DNA of 64,000 bases from Octopus sinensis (taxonomy: Eukaryota). The notes under the pieces are model-generated. The model did not search any database, was not told the origin of the DNA, and was given only the letters and a program-made list of their open reading frames with translations. The stretch lies in NCBI RefSeq assembly GCF_006345805.1, contig NC_043015.1, positions 38,502,001-38,566,000 of the forward strand. The letters run 5' to 3'. This document shows, in pieces, positions 1 to 11,700 of this stretch (position 1 is the first letter of the stretch; the number at the start of each line of letters is the position of its first letter). Position numbers and translations under genes: made by a program.

Positions 1-1080
1 AGATGTAAAACGAACCGAGAACCTGTGGCGCGGAGTATAGAAGTTGTTGTTTACTACCATTGCAAACTATGTTGAGTCGTCTTATCGCCAGAGACGTACA
101 AGATGTGACCATTTGGGTAAATTTATAGTTTCACACCAGGCTCGATTTCAGTACTAAGGGGAAGGGGAATTGCCGAGGTTCCTCCCACCCGCTCCGTTTT
201 CCGAGGAAAGAATACATTTCCGACAGCTTTCGATGTCAACTAAAACGATTGCACACCCGCCCTCAAAAAAAAAAAAAAAAACGCGGGAAAATATTACCTC
301 GTGCCAAAATTGAGTCTGGTGGGGAACTATAAATTTACCAAGAAGGCAGAATGAAGATTCATAAGAATGGAAGCGAGCAACCTACCTTTTTCTTATAATG
401 GATTTAAACAAGCACAACTGTAACGTTTGTCTGGTCAGGACTGTTGTTGCAAACTAATTCTATTTAGTTATTTAATGTACACCCGGTGTTTATTAAATAC
501 CAGTTACACATTACATAATTTGTTCGATTTATAAGTATATCGCTTTTATGAACTCGTAGCCGAAATAGTCTGTCCTTAAGTTGGTTTTATATATTGAGGA
601 AGTAGACTTGTATTAGTTTATATGCAAAACATTAGATAATTATGTCAAGGCGAAATCACAAGAAACAATTTGAGGGAGGGAAGGAGACGATTATTTCTAC
701 ATTTAAGCACAAGATTGGCTGCTCCGATGGCGAGACGGTTGGCACGACCGACTACATTTTACTTGACTGTTCACAGGCAAAGGTGCCTTCGATGGAATTG
801 GAGCAAGGGATTATAATAATAATCATAATAATCTTTCCTTCTAAAAATACAAGACCTGAAATTTGGGGGGAGGGGGCTCGTCGATTAGATCGACTCCAGT
901 ACGCAACTGGTACTTAATTTATTGACCCTGAAAAGGGTGAAAGGCAAAGTCCACTTCGGTGGAACTTGAACTCAGAATGTAAACACAGACGAAATACTGC
1001 TTTGCATTTTGCTCGGCATGCTAACATTTCTACCAGCTCGCCGCCTTAACAATAATAATAACAACAACAACAACAACAAC

Positions 1081-1115
<35 letters not shown>

Positions 1116-1761
1116 TAATATTGCCCTGATGCAATACCAGACAGTGGCTCTCGTGGCTCCTGGTCTTAACTGATTGGAAGTGTTATCATGTACATTATTT
1201 TGTCTTGGTATAAAAGATGGGCTACAGCAAACATTCTGCTCAATACCACAGATTTGCTTGTCAGTTGTTGACCGTAACCAGTTGAGCATGTTCCTTAGTG
1301 GCTGACGATATGTGCATCTCTGATCAAGAGCAGAAGTAGTGGGGGGGAGCATCATAGCCATGTGTTGAGAGGGATTCTTTGGGGTTTGAATGATTCACCT
1401 CTGGAAACATGGGTGGTTCGTTCAACATCCTTAAACAATCCTTATTCAGGGACCTTTTGAGTGGGTTGGGCTACTCGACCTGAAGAAAATTCTAAATGGG
1501 CCCCACCTGCAAGGTCATACACTATTTATCTTGATATGAGATCACCATGTCACATACATATGGTTGTGATGCATGTGCCTGGTGTACCCTTATCAGACGG
1601 GTAGTCATGGAAGGTATACTGTATACTGGGCTTCGTATATTTTACCCCAGTGTCACTTTGATGGCATGCACTGCTCTCTCACTCAATAGTAATAATAATA
1701 ATAATAATAATAATAGTTTTCAACTAGCAATAACCACGCCTCGGATTTACCTCATTGGCCA

Positions 1762-3127
1762 TGGTGTAATTTGAGAGGATAATACAAAAGTTAGGATGAT
1801 TTAGTGATTTACTGCAAAACCCATGGCGGCCAAAATGATCAGAACGGTTGAAAAAAATAACAAAATAATCAAAAATGACAGAGAATACTGGAATTATTTA
1901 ATATTTAGTGTGAAGCCCTTTAGCTTCAATCACACTTTGACATCTTCGACTGCATGAGGAAATCAAATTTTCAATTTCTTGCTGGGTGATCTTATTCCAT
2001 TCTTCCTGAAGGGCATTCCATAATTGCTCGGTTGTTTTAGGATTTCTGGCTTTCGAACGTTCTCCTAGAACATTCCACACATTTTCAATAGGATTAAGAT
2101 CTGGGCTTTGAGCAGGCCAATCCATAACAATAATCTTTTCAGCCTTGAGAAAGTTCATGACCACCTTAGCCTTGTGACAGGGGGCATTGTCCTGCATGAA
2201 TATGGGTGGTCGCTTAGTTGAATTAATCAGCACAGGCAAGACATGATCTTTTACAAGTTGTTTATAAACTCCTGCATTTACCTTTCCATGTAATCGCACC
2301 AAAGGGTCCACACCATCTCCAGATATCATCCCCCAAACCATGACACTTCCTCCACCGAATTTAACACTAGTCTTAAGGCATTTAGGCGACAATTTTCACC
2401 TACTTTTCGACAAACGTATCTTTTCCCATCTGAGCCAAATAACATAAACTTAGATTCATTACGGAAATGCACCGTTTGTCATTTTTCTTGAGACCACAAC
2501 ACATGTTCGGTTGCAAAGGTAAGACGACACTTTTTACTCTTGGAGCTGATCAGTGGCTTCACTGCATGTGCTCTTGCTTGTAGGACATGTTCAACTAAAC
2601 GACGAGACACAGTTTTTCAAAATAAAGTTTTCTTCAGTACAATGCTCATTTCCCGAGAAACAGCAGCAGCAGTTTTAAATCTGTCCTTTTTAACCAACTT
2701 TACCATAGCACGATCTTCTCTCTTGGTCGTTTTTCTTGGCCTACCTGTAGACTTTCTTACATCACACGAATCACAATCATCATAGACCTTAAGAATACCG
2801 TGAACAACACTTTTTGACTTGTTAACAATGTTTGCAATAGACCCAATACTTAAATTATCCTTCCAAATTCAAAACACCGGTTAAATATACTAAAACACGG
2901 AGTAAAAGCAACCGTTCTGATCATTTTGGCCGCCATGGGTTTTGCAGTAAATCAGTAAATCATCCATAACTTTTGTATTATCCTCTCAAATTACACCAAA
3001 ATCTCAGATAATAACAATTAATATCGTATTTATTGTCTGTGAAAATTGTATAAAACGACTTTGATAAAAACTTATACCTACTTTTCTGACGAAAACAATG
3101 CCGTTCTGAACATTTTGGCCGCAACTG
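1762..3127 (-). mobile_element. Decayed Tc1-family (DD34E) DNA transposon with IR/DR-type termini
   Basis: ORF 1898-2392 has VKFGGGSVMVWG, FMQDNAPCH and SPDLNPIENVW with 34 residues between D and E. The upstream HTH region (GRPRKTT) carries stops. Inverted repeats at 1762-1850 and 2909-2998; the terminus reads CAACTG+TA at 3122-3129. Confidence 0.92.
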
Positions 3128-3327
3128 TATATATGCATTACCAATGTTAGATCGTTAGCCACTAGACATACATTTTTTTCTCCCCTTGTATTTTTCTGTG
3201 TCCCTTTCTGTAGAAGAGCATAGGCTCGAAACGTAAAAGACTTTTTCTATTCCTGAGCGTTATACTAATACATCTGTTTGTTTTGTACACCACCTGTCTT
3301 CGTCTTCTGTTTTTTCATGAACTCTCC

Positions 3328-3329
<2 letters not shown>

Positions 3330-3421
<92 letters not shown>

Positions 3422-3460
3422 CCATATATATATATATATATAATATATATATATATATAC
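3330..3460. repeat. (TA)n/(CA)n microsatellite (representative). Others at about 4245-4289, 5085-5270, 5430-5512, 35995-36028, 41760-41985, 45780-45920, 61285-61312, 61520-61550
   Basis: Seen directly; these generate the YIYI pseudo-ORFs. Confidence 0.95.
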
Positions 3461-3756
3461 ATACTGTATAAATATTCGTGGGTAAGGCCAAAACAATGTG
3501 AAGTATATACAAGGTAAATCACAAAAAACAAATGTGTGAATTAATGTAGACTTACCTTGTATTCAATATTTTCTGGGTTATGACCCCATTTTCAAGAAAT
3601 AGACAAATGTTGCCAGCAACATTCTTGAAATGGGGTCATAACCCCAAAATATTGAATACAAGGTAAGTTTACATTAATTCACATATTTGTTTTTTTGTGA
3701 TTTACCTTGTATATACTTCATTGTTTTGGTTTTACCCACAATCCATTATACAATAT
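3461..3756. mobile_element. Fold-back / MITE-like palindrome (arms about 137 bp, 23-nt spacer) within (TA)n
   Basis: 3461-3598 is a near-perfect reverse complement of 3622-3756. Confidence 0.85.
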
Positions 3757-3861
3757 ATTCTACATAATGCTTCATAGTTATATATATATACATACATGCA
3801 TATATATATCCATATGTACGTAAATATATATATATATATATCCATATATATATATATGTAT

Positions 3862-4244
3862 ACTCTTTTATTTGTTTGTCATTTGACTGCGGCCATGCTG
3901 GAGCACCGCCTTTAGTCGAGCAAATCGACCCCGGGACTTATTCTTTTGTAAGCCCAGGACTTATTCTATCGGTCTCTTTTGCCGAACCGCTAAGTAACGG
4001 GGACATAAACACACCAGCATCGGTTATCAAGCAATGTTGGGAGGACAAACACACACACACATATATATATATACATATATACGACAGGCTTCTTTCAGTT
4101 TCCGTCTACCAGATCCACTCACAAGGCTTTGGTCGGCCTGAGGCTATAGTAGAAGACACTTGCCCAAGGTGCCACGCAGTATGACTAAACCCGGAACCAT
4201 GTGGTTGGTAAACAAGCTACTTACCACACAGCCACTCCTGCGCC

Positions 4245-4245
<1 letters not shown>
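3862..4245 (-). mobile_element. tRNA-derived SINE family B. Other copies: 8921-9306(-), 22372-22739(-), about 39830-40010, 41990-42085, 49929-50210(+), 53340-53485, 60010-60150, 61560-61765(+)
   Basis: Minus-strand head AGGCGCAGGAGTGGCTGTGTGGTAAG...GGTTCAGTCCC; near-identical bodies of about 380 bp at three sites. Confidence 0.85.
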
Positions 4246-4278
<33 letters not shown>

Positions 4279-4289
4279 ATATATATATA

Positions 4290-4854
4290 TTGGGTTGTCC
4301 GGAAAGTTGGTGCCGATTTATAGTAGCTTACCTTTTAACTTATTTTAGAACATGGTTGAGTTCATAAAATAGGATTTTACTACACCTCCATTTAGAGCAC
4401 AGTTTAAGTTATCTTTTCATGGAAGAAGGTTTATGTTCCTATAACCTGTGTTAATTCTGTAACCCTTTAAAATGGAAGATAAGAAAGTTCATTTTCAGCA
4501 CTTGATGCTTTGGGAACCTGACAAAAATTGCTGCAGCTCAGCTGGGATGCGTTACCCCACCCTCCATATTCACCAGATATTGCTTCTTCAGATTTCCACT
4601 TATTCAGGTCTCTGCAGAATAGTCTTAATGGTAAAATTTCAATTCCATGGATGACGTAAAAAGATCCCTTGATGAATTCTTTGCCATGAAACTCCCTTAA
4701 TTCTGGGAAGAGAGTATTTTCAAGTTAAAGGAAAGATGGAGACGCATTGTGCAACAAAATGGTTCGTATTTGGTTGATTAGAAATGTAATGGCAAGTATT
4801 CATTGACCTTTTTCTTTCCATTAAAAATTGGCTCGAACTTTCCGGACAACCCAA
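4290..4854 (+). mobile_element. Internally deleted non-autonomous mariner element
   Basis: TIRs TTGGGTTGTCCGGAAAGTT / AACTTTCCGGACAACCCAA flanked by TA. The interior keeps the N-terminal MEDKKVHFQHLML and a C-terminal HPPYSPDIASSDFHLFRSLQ-type transposase remnant. Confidence 0.88.
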
Positions 4855-5147
4855 TATATATAAGAACAAGGTCTAACATCTACTCTTAACACAAAATGAG
4901 ATTTAAAAAATCCAAGGCTGTGAAAGATTTCAGAATATTTATAAAGAGAAGTTCTTGCAGTTGTTTGTGGGATATTTTATATATCCCTTCATTAGAGACA
5001 GTGCGAGAAAATGGATAAGCAATGGTCATTATAGAGAAGATATGAAATACGGAGTGAAGTGAAGGAATGAAAACAGCCGTGAGATATATATGCATACACA
5101 CACACACACATATATATATACATATATATAAATATATACATACATAC

Positions 5148-5223
<76 letters not shown>

Positions 5224-5445
5224 CATACACACACACATATATATATATACACACACACACATATATATATTCTTGTATTTTCTCTCCCTGTTTATTTCTG
5301 TGTTCCTTTCTGTCAAAGAGCGTAGGCTCGAAACGTAAAAGACTTTCTCACTTCCTGAGCGCTAAACTAATACATCTGTTTGTTGTTTACACACCCGTCT
5401 TCGTCTTTTGTTTTCTCGTAAACTCTCACTAAATATATATATGTA

Positions 5446-5517
<72 letters not shown>

Positions 5518-6390
5518 GGGTTTGTATGATTGTGTATAGAGGGATATATATTATTCAAAGGAATTCCAACTCTGTTTTTTATGTTTTATTTATATTCTTT
5601 ACAGTATTAGTGTAGAATATAGAATATATAGTATAAATAGTATATATAGTAAAATTAAATGAAGTATTGATTGTCTTATTGAATAGATGAAAATTTGAAT
5701 ATAAAATATTAGGGGACTACTATACTTTCTTGCATTTAAGCAGTCTTCAAGATCCCAGGTTGTGACAGGAGTGTATGCATGTATATATATATACACACAC
5801 ATACATACATACATATATATGTGTGTACGTGAGTATGTGCATGCACACATTCTTTCATATATGTGTATGTGGGTGGGCATCTCACAGTGTCATTTTACTG
5901 TTCACCATGCAGTACTTTCCACCTCAATGTTACCGCCCTTAAATTACAACACCGCGTGACTATTACAGCCCACGTTACGGTTATAACAATCGCAGCTCAC
6001 ATTACGGTGATGAAATCAACTTTTGTCATTGAAATTCAAACTGGCTGATGACTGGCATTCATTACTTTTGCTTAGAAACTCTTTCGTTAGCTGTGAGAAT
6101 TTGATGCCTTTTCTTCATTAAAAAAGGTAAGAAATTACTTCAGATTTTCCATAATTGTATTTTGGCCTCACAACTTGAACCATTACATTATTTCTCCAAT
6201 CAAAAATGTGTAAAGCTTAAAAATATAGAATCAGAACAGACATTTCTGCTAGTCTTTGAGAAAAACTCCCTGTACACTTTTTCTTACAAAGTAAGAACTA
6301 TCAATGGTTTGTGTTTCTTTAATCTTTTGGAATTCAGATTAATTCCTCTGTCAAATGTAATGCTTATTTATTCACATTGTTTAGAATTAA

Positions 6391-6614
6391 CCCTTTTGAT
6401 ACCAACCCGGCCAAAACCGACTCTGGATCTGTAGTACAAATATCTTGTTTTCATAAGTATTGAATTAAAATCTCCCACCAAATCTTAGTCACAATTTATG
6501 TGTTCCTAACACTAGCTGAATGATAACGAAGTTATTTTACCAAATTCTTTGTTATATTTAAAATCAATTGAAAGAAACACAGAACATCTCAAAATAAATA
6601 CAGTAACGAAAGGG
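6391..6614. mobile_element. TTAA-flanked (piggyBac-like) MITE, copy 1, nested inside another MITE
   Basis: TTAA|CCCTTTTGATAC ... GTAACGAAAGGG|TTAA; homologous to 6974-7184. Confidence 0.8.
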
Positions 6615-6973
6615 TTAATCATATACTCTCTTGTAGCTTTGAGATTTCATGGGTGTGATGTGTATTTCTAGAATGATATTGTAAGGTAGGTGTGAGAGGC
6701 TGGATCTGCCTGGTTTAAACGTGGAACAGGTAGAATACTTTGGACGGATTTGGTCAGTTTAAATGCCAAAGGGTTTAAGCAATTTTATTTTATTTTGCTT
6801 CAACAAAAAAATCTCATTTTATTCAAATTAAAATCCAATGAAACAACAAAGAACAATCTTGTCTGTGTTTTTGGTCGGAAATTCTAAAACCAGTGAAAAC
6901 AAGATCTAAAAGATTTCTTCCATTTTAAATCAATCACAGTTAATTGAATCTGCAACATTACACCATCCTTTAA

Positions 6974-7184
6974 CCCTTTCGTTACCAACCCGCCTCTGGC
7001 TCTGTAGTACAAATGTCTTGCTTTCATAAGTTTTGAATTAAAATCTTCCACCAAACCTTAGTCACAATTTATGTTCCTAACACTAGCTGAATGATAACTA
7101 AGTCATTTTTCTAAATTCTTTGTTATATTTAAAATAATTGAAAGAAACACAGAGCATCTGAAAATAAATACAGTAACGAAAGGG
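6974..7184. mobile_element. TTAA-flanked (piggyBac-like) MITE, copy 2
   Basis: Perfect 12-bp TIR CCCTTTCGTTAC/GTAACGAAAGGG with TTAA on both sides. Confidence 0.82.
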
Positions 7185-8747
7185 TTAACTCAGGGGTTCT
7201 CAACTATTTTTTACTCATGGACCCTTTTGATAACTATTTTACTCTGGTGGACCCCCACCCCCCATAGTCATTTGATGTTTTAAAACTCATTTTATAGATC
7301 CTTTTTTTCAAATTTCTTATTTTACTTTTCACACATTAACTTTTGGAGATTGAACTGTGTAAAATGTCAGAGAAAGAAACCCAGCTGTTTCTTCCAATAA
7401 ATACATTTAAAGCAGAACATTTTCATGGACCTTCAATATATTCCTGTATATTTCTGGAACCACCGTTGACACTGGCTTATACTTATTCTCTGAGCCCCAT
7501 AGACTGCATTAATATTCCTCGCACTTTCCGTTGTGTTGTTGCCTTTATTGAACTCATAAAGCAAAATATAGCAAATATTATAACTTTGTTACTTATATTA
7601 TAACTTTGTAAAAAATTACTCTTTTAAAACTTGCACCAAGAATAAGTACAAGGTAAAATTACTACCTGCTTTTATAGCAAGTTGATGTATGTAGGTAGTT
7701 TATCCTGTCCCCCTCCAACTTTTAGGCCATGCAATTGAAAAGAACTGCATTATTTAATGGATGACCCAATATTCATATATTCTTTTCTACTCTAGGCACA
7801 AAAGTTTTAGAGAGGGGGGGGGCAGTCGACTAGATCAACCCCAGTACGCAACTGGTATTTAATTTATCAACCCCAAAAGGATGAAAGGCAAAGTCGACCT
7901 TGGCAGAATTTGAACACAGAACGTAATGGCAGATGAAATATTGCCAGGCATTTCGCCCAACATGCTAAAGTTTCTGCCAGCCTGCCGCCTTCCGATATAA
8001 ATGGATATTACAAGAATTCTTTACCATCCCAAATCATTATTCACTCAGTCATTTATATACAAAAAGAAAAAAATTTAAATAATTACGAAAACAAATTAAC
8101 AACAATACCCTGAATGTTATCTTTTGCAAGAAATACAATTTACCCATTTTATTGCTTCTTTTATTCTTTAATTATTGCGGCTCTGTTTCAATAAATTTTA
8201 TTCAACAAAAACAATAACAACATTTAACAAAAACAGCAAAATAAAAAGTCAAATGGAAATTGTTGTTGTGATCTCCCTGTGCCGGTGGGGCATAAAAAGC
8301 AGCATCCAAACGTGGCCGATGCCAGCGCCGCCTTGACTGGCTTCTGTGCCGGTGGCATGTAAAAAGCACCAACCAATCATGGCCATTGCCAGCCTTCCCT
8401 GGCACCTGTGCCGGTGGCACGTAAAAAGCACCCACTACACTCACGGAGTGGTTGGCGTTAGAAAGGGCATCCAGCTGGAGAAACACTGCCAGATCAGACT
8501 GGAGCCTGGGGCAGCCTCCTGGCTTCCCAGACCCCAGTTGAACTATCCAACCCATGCTAGCATGGAAAACGGATGTTAAACAATGATGATGATGATGATC
8601 TTTAAATGATTATTCCGGAGCATATTCACCATTTACTTCAATTTCGTTTTGTTAAAATTTTTTGTTGAATAAAATTTATTGAAAATAAGCCGCAATAATT
8701 ATGTACCAACCCAATACTTTTATTAATTTAACTTCCTCAGGAGCAAG

Positions 8748-11700
8748 ATGTCTGTGTCTGTTGTCTTGAAAAATGTCTGTCAAAGAACTGGAGAAGTACC
8801 TCACTGGGAGGAAAGTACTAAATCCTTGCTGTTTCTTGATCTTGAACCTGGAGGTATACACAAGTGGAATTCCATAGACAACACTCACACCAAGTTTGAA
8901 GCTGGTATGTATCCATATCTCTCTTTTTACTTGTTTCAGCCATTTGACTGTGGCCATGCTGGAGCACCGCCTTTAGTTGAGCAAATCGACCCCAGGACTT
9001 ATTCTTTGTAAGCCTAGTACTTATTCTATCAGTCTCTTTTGCCAAACCACTAAGTTACGGGGACGTAAACACACCAGCATCGGTTGTCAAGCAATGTTGA
9101 GAGGAACAAACACAAATACACACAAACTTACACACATATATACGACGGGCTTCTTTCAGTTTCCATCTACCAAATCCACTCACAAGGCTTTGGTCGGCCT
9201 GAGGCTATAGTAGAAGATACTTGCCCAAGGTGCCACGCAGTGGGACTGAACCCGGAACCATGTGGTTCATAAGCAAGCTACTTACCACACAGCCATTCCT
9301 ACGCCTATATATATATATATATAAATGTTTGGATTTATGTATGTGCCTATTGCTTATATATATATGTACGTATGTGATCTTTATGGTTGCATACTATGAC
9401 TGGCTGTAACTGAAAAAAGGGCAAAACACTCAATGAAAAATTCCCTGATGGAATCCAGGCATTTATTAAGGCGGCGAGCTGGCAGAAACGTTAGCATGCC
9501 GGGCGAAATGCTTAGCGGTATTTCGTCTGCCGTTACGTTCTGAGTTCAAATTCCGCCGAGGTCGACTTTGCCTTTCATCCTTTCGGGGTCGATAAATTAA
9601 GTACTAGTTACGCACTGGGGTCGATGTAATCGACTTAATACCTATGTCTGTCCACACTATGTTTAGCCCCTTGTGGGTAATAAAGAAATAAGTATGGCTG
9701 CTAAGCCCTCTGAACACCTGATCATTTAAGGGAACAATCAAGAAATGGCAGCCAACATGTATGTGTATGAGTGAGAGCTGTACCGCCTTGGTAAGCAAGG
9801 CAAGCACTGCTTAGGTGCCAATCTCTTATTGTAGAGGGGACATGTGGAAGGGATAGACCCAGGAAGACGTGGGACAAAGGGGTGAGAAAGGATCTACAAA
9901 CATTGGGCCTCACAGAGTGGATCGAGACTCCTGGTGGTTTGCTAAGGTTGGAAAGACATAACAGGTTAAGTAAAAGCATGGTGGCCCTTGCCTACAGGCT
10001 CATCCCTTGTAACCCTCTCCAGCTGAGCATCCCTAATCTCGTGGGATCATAGGTACTGGTGCCATGTAAAAAGCACCCACTAAACTCTGTAAAATGGCTG
10101 GCATCCAGCCATAGAAACCGTTTCCAAAACAGACATGGGACCTGAACAGCTCTTCAACTGGGCAGCTTCTGTGAAACCGTCCAACCCATGCCAGCATGGA
10201 AAACGGACATTAAATGATGATCACACACACACACACACATATATATAATATACAGAACACACTAGTCTAACTTAAGCATCATGGAAAAAAGGGAAGTAAA
10301 ATGAAGATGAGGGTGAACCACTCGTTATTTTTGTAGGATAATCAACCTCTTGTATAAATTATCACATGACATACTTTATTGTATGATATTAATCTATTAT
10401 AAAGCAACCAGCCAGCAGAATCATTAACATGTTGGCAACATGTTTAGTGGCGTTTCATCCATCTTTACATTCTGAGTTCAAATTCCACCGAGGTTGACTT
10501 TGCCTTTTTTCCTTCCAGGGTCAATAAAATAAGTACTAATTAAACAGTGAGGTTGATGTAATCAATTTACCCCCACCTCCCTAATTGTATCAACAGTAAT
10601 CTGTTGTCCCCTTGTATCATCCCACCACCATGCTTCTTATCTTCTTCTTCCCAGGTGGAAATATAGGCTTCATCGTCCCTCGAGAATCTGGAGGTTACAT
10701 CGTATCCTATTTCGCCCAAATTGCTGAGTTTGATTGGGAGAGTCGACAGGTGAAACCATTCATCACAGTAGAATCAGATAAACCTGGGAATCGATTCAAC
10801 GATGGTAAATGCGACAGTTTTGGCCGACTGTGGACAGGTTTGTATTTCATTGCTTTATGTGTGAAGAAACTGTCTTTCGTTGTTTCTCCATAATTCTTCA
10901 AAGTGTGGGAAGCAATGCAGGTCCTCTGCAAAATCTTGCTCTGGGCCCATCTCTCCCTCTCATACTCTCAACCTCCTTCATCTAGTGTAAAGCCCCAACT
11001 CTCCAGCCTTCAGTTTTTGTGGTCTTGCTAGCTGCTTGGCAACATCACCAGCATCAGTGAATAGCGGGAGATGGGGAGGGTGATCGATTATGAAGGGGGC
11101 GGGTGAAGTGTGGCTGGAAAGTGATGATGATGCAACCGATGGAGAAAAGGTGAGAGAGAGAGAAGCAAGCATAGCAGATGAGGAGAGTAAGAGACAAATA
11201 AATGGTGACAGAGGATTTGAGGGCTTTTGGAAGCTGAATGTAAAATGTGGGTAGAGGGGACAATATGAAGGGTGGGAGAAGGATATCAAGTGAAAGGATT
11301 CCCAGCAGTGGAAACTTATTGTCATTCGTTTATTTAGTCTCTGTTGAATTAAAATCATTTCTGGTTGAGTGGGTTTCAGTGGGGGGGGGGTGATTAGGTT
11401 TCTATGGTTGGTTGTTCTGAAAAGGTGTTTTGGAAATATTTTGATTAAATTCAGAGATATGTTATTGTTTGGAACTTATTCTAGTATGTAAAGGTGTGTA
11501 AACAAGATTGCAGGTGTTTCTCTTTTGTTAAGTAGACACAAGGTGTGACAGTAATTTCATTGCTTTCAGATATTATTAGATTTAATCCTTTTGTTTTGAC
11601 AATACAAAGGTCAAAGGCACAGAGTCCAGTATCTAAGCCTTTGTAATTGGGTGGGTCAACTTCTTTCCAAAATGTCAGGTGTGTCATGACCCTTATTATA

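Noticed and set aside
3260-5558. Many ORFs rich in YIYI/CVCV (also 41513-42059, 43549-43931, 61076-61465)
   Set aside because: They are translations of (TA)n, (CA)n and (ATCT)n microsatellites, which lack stops in several frames.
8277-8432. CRISPR-like repeat-spacer look
   Set aside because: The spacers resemble each other, the array is part of a dispersed retroelement UTR, there are no cas genes, and the context is eukaryotic.
9469-9560. tRNA genes (also about 25845, 42960, 52560)
   Set aside because: The heads have A/B boxes but no complete cloverleaf and run into shared SINE bodies.
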